From assembly GCA_934162195.1 (NCBI GenBank), contig CAKPHO010000002.1, positions 13,689 to 77,688 on the forward strand: 64,000 nt of DNA. Direction: 5' to 3'. The position numbers were made by a program, and so were the translations under genes. This document shows positions 57,054 to 64,000 of the stretch, piece after piece. Every line of letters begins with the position of its first letter. Position 1 is the first letter of the stretch. This DNA is from an uncultured Bacilli bacterium. Its GTDB lineage: Bacteria > Bacillota_I > Bacilli_A > RF39 > UBA660. The notes beneath the pieces are model-generated. The model was not told where the DNA came from and did not search any database. It saw only the letters and a list, made by a program, of their open reading frames with translations.

Positions 57054-57647
57054 ATGAAAAAAAATCAAGGTTTTTCAATTATAGAATTAATAGTATCTTT
57101 TACTTTAACGATGATTATTGTTGTTATTCTGTTTGAAATTATTATTTCTCTTAAAAATGTATATGAAAATTCTGTTACTAAATCTGCATTAATTAGTAAA
57201 CAAAATATTTTAACCGATTATATATATTCGGATTTTTATGACTATGGTTTAACAAATATAGATGTTTGTGGGAATAATTGTATTCAATTTACATATAAAA
57301 ATGGAGATGTTAAAAACTTATCATGGGAATACGAATATGATGATACTTCACAAAGACAATCATTTCAAAAAATTAAATATGGAGATTATACAGTTGATTT
57401 AATTGCTAATTCAAAGTTTGATTTAAGTTTAAGTGCAAGTCATAATACTTATGAATTTAAAGGCGCAAAAGTTTGTAACTCTTCAAAAACTTATTCTTCA
57501 AGGCTTATATATTTCTTAGATATTAAATTACCAGTTTATAATAATAAATTTGAAAATCAAGATTTTGGTTTAAATATTTTGTATGTTTTCCCTTATGATG
57601 GTACTGATGCTATAGTTTCTAGTTTACCTTATTCGCAAGGTTGTTAA
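57054..57647 (+). CDS. minor pilin-like protein (prepilin-type N-terminal cleavage/methylation domain)
   Basis: MKKNQG/FSIIELIVSFTL with Glu at +5. Confidence 0.7.
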   Translation: MKKNQGFSIIELIVSFTLTMIIVVILFEIIISLKNVYENSVTKSALISKQNILTDYIYSDFYDYGLTNIDVCGNNCIQFTYKNGDVKNLSWEYEYDDTSQRQSFQKIKYGDYTVDLIANSKFDLSLSASHNTYEFKGAKVCNSSKTYSSRLIYFLDIKLPVYNNKFENQDFGLNILYVFPYDGTDAIVSSLPYSQGC

Positions 57648-58615
57648 CAAAAAAACAAATCAAAAGTTAAAAAGACTATTAAACCTGAAATTAATGCATG
57701 TATAACTCTAGCAACTAAATATGGGAAATATTTGATTTTAGTATCACTCAAAATACTTATTATTTGCATATGAACACTTATGCCACCAAAAGATATAAAC
57801 ATGACTGAAATAATTGTTTTGATTTTTAAAGGTAAATCAAGAATGCTGATGTATTTTAATCCTTGAGTCATCTCAATAGTCCCATTTAAAATAGCTTGGT
57901 AATATGGCGTAATATTTATTGTATTATTAATTATTGTTGTTATTATTAAAAAGATAGTAACTGTTCCTAATATTAATAGAAGCGTATTAATTGTGTCTTT
58001 GATGGCGATGCTTAATATTTCTCCAAAGCTTTTTTGTTTTTTATTCATTATTTTAAATATATTATTAAATGAGAAGTTATTATTCTCATTTTTGCTAGGA
58101 TATAAATTTCTAATAATTAATCCAATGATAATGTTAGGTAAATAATGTACTATAAGTATTAAAAAACCAACCTCTTTGTTATTTAAAAAAGTTAAAGATA
58201 TAGTTCCAAGTATAAATAAAGGATTAGAAAAATGAGTGAACATTAAAATCTTTGTTCCTTCTTTTTCATCTATTAGTCCTTTTTTATATATTTCTCTTAC
58301 GTATTTAGCACTTGATGGAAAACCGGAAATTAAACTCATAATAAATATGAACGCTCCAGCTCCATTAACTTTAAAAACTTTATTCATAACTGGCTTGAAG
58401 ATTTCACTTATCAGTTCTACAAATCCATAATTAATAAGTATTTCAGACATAATAAAAAAAGGAAATAATGATGGAAAAATACTACCTTTCCAAATAGAAA
58501 AAGAAAACTCAACAGAGTTCATTACTTTATCGGATGTAAGTAAAATTTGAGTTGTAAAAAAAATTAAAATACTTATTGTAATAAAATTGATAATGATGGT
58601 GATATTTTTTTTCAT
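57644..58615 (-). CDS. YlbJ-like nucleoside-recognition (Gate) domain membrane protein
   Basis: 323-aa polytopic protein whose two Gate-like halves resemble sporulation membrane protein YlbJ. It is adjacent to a ylbL-like gene. Confidence 0.55.
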   Translation of the reverse strand: MKKNITIIINFITISILIFFTTQILLTSDKVMNSVEFSFSIWKGSIFPSLFPFFIMSEILINYGFVELISEIFKPVMNKVFKVNGAGAFIFIMSLISGFPSSAKYVREIYKKGLIDEKEGTKILMFTHFSNPLFILGTISLTFLNNKEVGFLILIVHYLPNIIIGLIIRNLYPSKNENNNFSFNNIFKIMNKKQKSFGEILSIAIKDTINTLLLILGTVTIFLIITTIINNTINITPYYQAILNGTIEMTQGLKYISILDLPLKIKTIISVMFISFGGISVHMQIISILSDTKIKYFPYLVARVIHALISGLIVFLTFDLFFC

Positions 58616-58660
58616 AATTGTCCCTCATTTACTATAGAATATAAAGAAAGGAATGAAAAT

Positions 58661-59665
58661 ATGATAAAAAAATTGTATGAAGAAATAAAGATGACAATAA
58701 AAAAAGATTATAAAATGTTTATTATTTTCGTGGCTATTTTTGTATTATGTATAATAGAATTTCCTTTTTATATAGAGGCTCCGGGTGGCGTTATAAAGGT
58801 AGATGATAGAATAAAAATAAATGATAGTTATAAATCAGCTGGTTCGTTTAATCTTGCTTATGTTTCTGAGATAAAAGCAACTATTCCGACTCTTTTATAT
58901 TCACTAATAAATAAAGACTGGGATGTTTTAAAAAAAGAAGATGTTATATATGATAATGAAACTATGAGTGAAGCAAGCTATCGTGATAAGTTATTGTTAG
59001 AAGAAGCTAAAAATAACGCTATTGTAGTGGCATATACCAAAGCGGGTAAAAAAATAGAAATTTCTAATGAACATTTATTTATTATTTATGTAGATGAAGA
59101 TTCTGATACGGATTTAAAAATAGGTGATGAGATATTAGAAGTTGATAATATAAAAATTACTAGTAAAAAACAATTGGATGATATCATGGTTACTAAAAAT
59201 GTAAATGATAAAGTCATTATAAATGTTAAAAGAAATAATAAAGAAATTGATTGTTATGGTAAAATAAAAGAAGTAGGAGGTAAAAAATTAATTGGTTTAT
59301 TACTCTCTAAAACCAGTGATTTAAAAACTGATCCAGAAATAAAACTTGAATTTAAGAAATCAGAATCAGGTCCAAGTGGAGGTTTAGTTTTAGCACTTTC
59401 TATTTACAATAACTTGATTAGTGAAGATATAACAAAAGGTAGAAAAATTGTGGGGACTGGCACAATTGATATTAATGGAAATGTTGGCTTAATTGGTGGA
59501 ATTGAATATAAAATTAAAGGTGCGGTGAAAGAAAATGCGGACATATTTTTAATTCCCGCTGGAGAAAATTATGAAGAAGCAAAAAAAATTATTGAAGAAA
59601 ACAATTATAAAATCACTTTGATACCAATAACTACTTTTGATGAAGCGTTAGAAAAATTAAAATAA
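58661..59665 (+). CDS. PDZ domain plus Lon-like S16 protease (YlbL/SepM family)
   Basis: N-terminal TM, a PDZ segment (GDEILEVDNIKI) and a Lon-type serine motif GPSGGLVLALSIYN with downstream GTGTID and IGGIEYKIKGA. Confidence 0.8.
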   Translation: MIKKLYEEIKMTIKKDYKMFIIFVAIFVLCIIEFPFYIEAPGGVIKVDDRIKINDSYKSAGSFNLAYVSEIKATIPTLLYSLINKDWDVLKKEDVIYDNETMSEASYRDKLLLEEAKNNAIVVAYTKAGKKIEISNEHLFIIYVDEDSDTDLKIGDEILEVDNIKITSKKQLDDIMVTKNVNDKVIINVKRNNKEIDCYGKIKEVGGKKLIGLLLSKTSDLKTDPEIKLEFKKSESGPSGGLVLALSIYNNLISEDITKGRKIVGTGTIDINGNVGLIGGIEYKIKGAVKENADIFLIPAGENYEEAKKIIEENNYKITLIPITTFDEALEKLK

Positions 59666-59714
59666 GCTAACTTTTAGTTAGTTTTTTTGTTATAATAAAA
59701 AAGAGGTGTTTACT

Positions 59715-61481
59715 ATGATTAAAGAAAAGTTATCGCTAGTTCCTAATTTGCCAGGATGTTATTTAATGAAAAATAAAAATGGTATTGTTATATACGTTGG
59801 TAAAGCAAAAAAACTTAAGAATAGATTAAGTTCTTATTTTCGTGGTACACACACTGGTAAAACAGCTAAATTAGTAAGTGAGATTGTTGACTTTGAATAT
59901 ATTGTTGTTGGTAGTGAAACTGAATCATTGATTCTTGAAATAAACTTAATAAAAAAATATGATCCTAAATATAACATTTTGCTTAGAGATGATAAAAGTT
60001 ACCCTTATATTGAACTTACAAGTGAAGATGTTCCAAGATTATTAATTGTTAGAAATTTAAATCGTAAGAAGAATAAAGGGAGATTATATGGACCATATCC
60101 TAACGTATATGCGGCTCGTCAAACTGTTAATCTTTTAAATCGTATGTATCCTTTAAGAAAGTGTAGTACTTATAATAAAAAGCCATGTTTATATTATCAT
60201 ATAAATCAATGCCTAGGTTATTGCACTAATAATATTGATAAAAAGATAATAAAAGATATGGAAGATGAAATAATTAAGTTCTTAAAAGGAGACCATACTA
60301 TAATTTCTAATAAGATTAAAAATGAGATGTTAAAAGAAAGTAATAATTTAAATTATGAAAAAGCAAAGGAATTAAAAGAATTATATGATTACATAAACAT
60401 TACTTTAGCTCGTCAAAAAGTAGAGGTAGAAGATAATGTAGACCGTGATATTTTTGGTTACTTTGAAGATAAAGGAATGTTATCAATTCAAGTACTATTT
60501 ATTAGAGGAAGTAAAATTGTTGGTAGACACTCTAAAATCACGCCTATTATTGATGAAGTAGGCGATGAACTTAATAGATATATAGTATCGTTCTATGAGA
60601 AAGGTGTTTTAAAACCAAAAGAAATTCTAGTTCCTAATATTGCTGATGAAAAAATACTTTCAGATGTTCTTGAAATAAAAGTCAAAGTTCCACAAAAAGG
60701 ATTAAAGTTAAAACTAGTCGATATGGCAAATGAAAATGCCAAAATAAGTTTAGAAAATGAGTTCGAAATGATAAAAAAAGATGAAAAGAAAACAATTGGC
60801 GCTAACGAAACATTATCTAAACTTCTTAATATAGAACCTCTTGATAGAATTGAAATATTTGATAATTCAAATCTTTTTGGCAGTTTCAATGTGTCGGGAA
60901 TGGTTGTTTTTACAAATGGACGACCAAATAAAAATGAATATCGTAAATTTAAAATAACAGTTGATAGGAATGATGATTATGGAACAATGAAAGAAGTTAT
61001 ATATCGTAGATATTTTAGAGTCCTTAGAGATAATCTTACTATGCCAGATTTGATTATTGTTGATGGTGGTATAGGACAAATTAATATTGCTAAAGAAGTA
61101 ATTGATTCTTTAAATTTAAATATCCCTGTAGTAGGATTAAAAAAAGATAATCATCACCGTACTGAGGCTTTAATAACTTCTGATAATATTGAAATAAAAG
61201 TAGAACATAATAGTGACGTATTTTTCTATCTAGAAAGAATGCAAGATGAAGTACACAATTTTACTATCAATTATCATAAACAATTAAGAAGTAAAGGAGC
61301 TATCGAAAGTATCCTTGATAGTATTGAAGGAATAGGAGAAAAAAGGAAAAAAGAACTATTAAAAAAATATAAAAGTATAAATAAGTTAAAAGAGATAGAT
61401 GTAAAAGAATTGGAAGAAATACTGCCAACTAGCGTAGCTATTAATTTAAAAGAATTTCTAGATAGTATGAATGATAAATAA
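59715..61481 (+). CDS. uvrC: excinuclease ABC subunit C
   Basis: GIY-YIG domain (PGCYLMKN...IYVGKAKKLKNRLSSYF), UVR domain, Endo V-like domain and C-terminal HhH (IEGIGEKRKKELLKKY). Confidence 0.95.
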   Translation: MIKEKLSLVPNLPGCYLMKNKNGIVIYVGKAKKLKNRLSSYFRGTHTGKTAKLVSEIVDFEYIVVGSETESLILEINLIKKYDPKYNILLRDDKSYPYIELTSEDVPRLLIVRNLNRKKNKGRLYGPYPNVYAARQTVNLLNRMYPLRKCSTYNKKPCLYYHINQCLGYCTNNIDKKIIKDMEDEIIKFLKGDHTIISNKIKNEMLKESNNLNYEKAKELKELYDYINITLARQKVEVEDNVDRDIFGYFEDKGMLSIQVLFIRGSKIVGRHSKITPIIDEVGDELNRYIVSFYEKGVLKPKEILVPNIADEKILSDVLEIKVKVPQKGLKLKLVDMANENAKISLENEFEMIKKDEKKTIGANETLSKLLNIEPLDRIEIFDNSNLFGSFNVSGMVVFTNGRPNKNEYRKFKITVDRNDDYGTMKEVIYRRYFRVLRDNLTMPDLIIVDGGIGQINIAKEVIDSLNLNIPVVGLKKDNHHRTEALITSDNIEIKVEHNSDVFFYLERMQDEVHNFTINYHKQLRSKGAIESILDSIEGIGEKRKKELLKKYKSINKLKEIDVKELEEILPTSVAINLKEFLDSMNDK

Positions 61482-61545
61482 TTTTATTGAATGCCAATAA
61501 AAAAGAATGTATATTTAAAATAATTTGGCATTACTTCCCCCTGAA

Positions 61546-61576
61546 GAGGACACTTTTTCAATGTGTCCTCATTTTT
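61546..61576 (+). terminator. intrinsic terminator after uvrC
   Basis: GAGGACAC-(9 nt)-GTGTCCTC followed by ATTTTTG. Confidence 0.65.
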
Positions 61577-61846
61577 GTGCCGTAATTACGCCATTTGTTA
61601 ATTTTTGAGTTAATTTTTTTGGCCCAATTTTGGTCCGATTTTATTTAGCGTTTTAACGAATATTTGCCTATTTTATAAAGAAATTAAAGAGATTTGTTTG
61701 GTACCAAGTAAATTATGTATCATACATAAATTTCGTACCTAAATCGTATCTATTACAATAATATTGTAATTTAAATATAGCAGAAGTCCTTATAAATAAA
61801 GAGATTGAGTAAAAAAGTTGCTCTCTTCTAATAGAAATGGAAAATA

Positions 61847-62638
61847 ATGGATTCAGATGCTCTTAAAATAACCACATATGTTATAATTAATATGGTGATA
61901 AAAATGACTAATCATGATAAATTCGTTGTAGAAGAAATGCCAGATTTAACTACTAATATAAAAAATAATCCATATGCTTCACAATTTAGAAATGAATTAT
62001 TGAGATATTCATCCAATAATATCGTTTTAGAAAATGGCCAAATGATATATATAGATTTATCTCAGGAGCTTATAAAGTCTATAAGTGAATATAATATGGA
62101 AATTTTTATTAATATTCTTAGAAGCGAAAATAAAATTATAGAATGTGAAAAAATTATTGATGACTATAAAATTAGTGGTAAGAATAATTCGAATACCTAT
62201 ATTAAAAATTGTTACGACGTTATAATTAACATGGATCAAGTTTATAAATATGTTTGGAATATTTGTAAATTATTAAATGATGATGTAGAAGGATATAATG
62301 ATTATCTACAATGGCAAAAGGATAAAATTAATATAGATTCTAAAATATATGATGATTGGTCAATAATTTATAATATTAGAAATGAAATTGAACATCCTGG
62401 AAATAATTTGTTTCCCACTTTAATTACTAAAGTAAATAATGTAGTTATTATTCCTACAATAACATATAAAGGTAAAAAATATGACTTATTATCGTTAGCT
62501 AAACAATCATTAGAAATAGCAAGTATTTTTGCTCGTTTAGTAATAGGTGCATCATTTTTATATAGTAAATATACAAAAGCTTTTACAGATGAGAATAGAA
62601 TGAATATATATATTGGAAAAGAAGATAAAGAAGTTTGA
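61847..62638 (+). CDS. HEPN-motif protein (Abi-like), unknown family
   Basis: IRNEIEH RX4H motif at nt 62378-62395 in a predicted helical protein. The start is uncertain (ATG 61847, or ATG 61905 after GGTGA). Confidence 0.45.
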   Translation: MDSDALKITTYVIINMVIKMTNHDKFVVEEMPDLTTNIKNNPYASQFRNELLRYSSNNIVLENGQMIYIDLSQELIKSISEYNMEIFINILRSENKIIECEKIIDDYKISGKNNSNTYIKNCYDVIINMDQVYKYVWNICKLLNDDVEGYNDYLQWQKDKINIDSKIYDDWSIIYNIRNEIEHPGNNLFPTLITKVNNVVIIPTITYKGKKYDLLSLAKQSLEIASIFARLVIGASFLYSKYTKAFTDENRMNIYIGKEDKEV

Positions 62639-62687
62639 TAAATAGTTAAACAATTATAGTATAATAAGTCATTAAGGAAGTGATATT

Positions 62688-63258
62688 ATGATGACAAAAT
62701 ATAAATATAGCAAGAATTCAATTGCATCAGTTTTTAACGATTTAAAACTGTTTGAACAAAGTTAGCTATTATTATGAGTATATAAGAAAAAAATATGACG
62801 AAATAGAAGAAGCAAAGATTAAAATTCATGCAGAAATAGCATCTGCTTGCTTCAGACAAGCAAGTGAGTATTATAAAATTGCATCTATGGCAAGCATCAG
62901 TACAAGTTCATTACTATATTCATATGCGCTAAATAATTTGCTTAAAGGGGGGGTATGTTACTTGATAAGTTTTGATGATGAAATTCTAGATGGATTTAAG
63001 GCACATGGATTTAAAGTAGACAATGCTTTTTTAACAGATGATGCCATGAATTCTAAAGTTACAGTTATGAAGCAAAAGGTGGCTGTTCATTCGTTACTCA
63101 AACTATATAATAATGAATTAAGAAAACAGGAAATACCTTTATATAAGGTATTTCGTCATATTCCAGGAATTGAAACGTTCTATTATCACTCTTTAGGAAG
63201 TATTTCATTATTAGCAACCAGAAAAAATAAAGGCGAAAACTATTTGATAACCAAATGA
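62688..63258 (+). pseudogene. YaaC-like protein gene, apparently frameshifted near its 5-prime end
   Basis: ATG 62688 (RBS AAGGAAGTGA) opens a 25-codon frame ending at TAG 62763-62765. The long ORF from 62752 continues in the +1 frame. LLYSYALNNLLKG resembles the YaaC family core. Confidence 0.4.
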
Positions 63259-64000
63259 GAATTGCTATGATTACTGAATATATAATAGACCATTTTAGTA
63301 CAAAAACTAAAACATCTGAAAGCTATGTATATTCAACTCTAGATAACGTTGTAGCAGTAGCTAAAAAGCAAGATGCTGAAGAAATAAAGTCTAAGAAGAG
63401 TATTAATGGCTTCAACTCAATATTCGCCGTATCAAGCATTAAAATGGCTAAAGAATACTATGCTGAATTTAAAAAACAGTTGGATATTAAAAAGAGTAAT
63501 CTTAAAGTAGCTATAATATATTCTTATGGTGTTAATGGAGAAGATGGAGTAATTGATGAAAACTCTGAATCAACAGAAGCATTAAGTACAGATGATAGAA
63601 CATTCTTAGAAAATGCTATTAAGGATTATAATAATATGTTTGGAACAAGTTATGATACATCATCAGAAAGATTCCAAAATTATTATAAAGATGTATCTTT
63701 AAGAATGAAGAATAGAGAAATTGATATATTAATTGTTGCTAATATGTTCTTAACAGGCTTTGATGCAAAAACACTAAATACATTATGGGTAGATAAGAAC
63801 TTAAAATGGCATGGATTAATTCAAGCATTCTCAAGAACTAATAGAATCCTTAATAGTGTTAAGACATATGGAAATATTGTCTCATTTAGAAATTTAGAAG
63901 ATAGATTAAATGAGGCACTTGCTAAATTTGGTGATGAGGAAGCTCATGGAATAGTTTTATTAAAACCATATAACGATTACTATTATGGATATGAAGATGA
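63255..64000 (+). pseudogene. hsdR: type I restriction enzyme R subunit (HsdR), 5-prime-truncated C-terminal portion; runs off the window
   Basis: It starts at MRIAMITEYIIDHF and continues through the helicase C-terminal motifs (ILIVANMFLTGFDAKTLNTLWVDKNL, LIQAFSRTNR). The nuclease and helicase motif I-III region expected upstream is absent. Confidence 0.6.

Noticed and set aside
1-64000. Mollicutes-type genetic code (TGA = Trp), considered because of the extreme AT content.
   Set aside because: TGA terminates well-conserved genes at the expected length (for example mraY at 1291-1293 and the NusG_II gene). Conserved Trp positions use TGG.
1-64000. Insertion sequences, integrases, prophage or group II intron elements.
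   Set aside because: No ORF shows transposase, integrase or RT motifs (DDE, tyrosine recombinase R..H..R..Y, YxDD). No terminal inverted repeats were noticed. The only dispersed repeats are the pilin leader / pilin N-terminal module and the yhcG paralogs.

Overview
Very AT-rich (roughly 28-30% GC by eye) Firmicutes-type chromosome using the standard genetic code: TGA terminates mraY and Trp is TGG. About 85% of the window is ordinary housekeeping, with gene order recalling the Bacillus dcw, ylb, yqe and yqf clusters. Recognised genes include PBP-mraY-ftsW, rplS, lepB, lspA-rluD, rsmE-mtaB, ylbD/ylbE-rsmD, rpsU-yqeY, two tRNA-Thr, cysK-cysS, truB, rpsO-pnp, ndk, sufCDS, an RNase J homolog, rimM-trmD, comEA-comEC, dnaG-sigA-trmK, ylbJ/ylbL and uvrC. 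The accessory or unusual content is as follows. (1) An orphan 836-aa protein with two RNxLAH HEPN motifs lies next to the tRNA pair, with no CRISPR array nearby. (2) Three scattered modular type IV pilin genes are present. Two of them carry sharply bounded, codon-phased, adenine-avoiding C-terminal segments that look like diversity-generating retroelement variable regions, but no RT or template is in the window. (3) The same two pilin genes are preceded by a duplicated leader made of a promoter, a conserved 19-codon uORF containing a G9 tract, and an intrinsic terminator. (4) A type IV pilus or competence-type machinery cluster (pilC-like with a ~400-aa N-terminal extension, pilD, a convergent pilB-like gene with an acidic tail, two minor pilins). 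(5) A C39-ABC bacteriocin export locus with two double-glycine peptides and a small membrane ORF that the ORF track missed. (6) A decayed defence patch after uvrC (HEPN-motif ORF, frameshifted YaaC-like gene, 5-prime-truncated hsdR). No rRNA, CRISPR array, transposase or integrase was seen. All coordinates, motifs and counts were read by hand; no database search was run.
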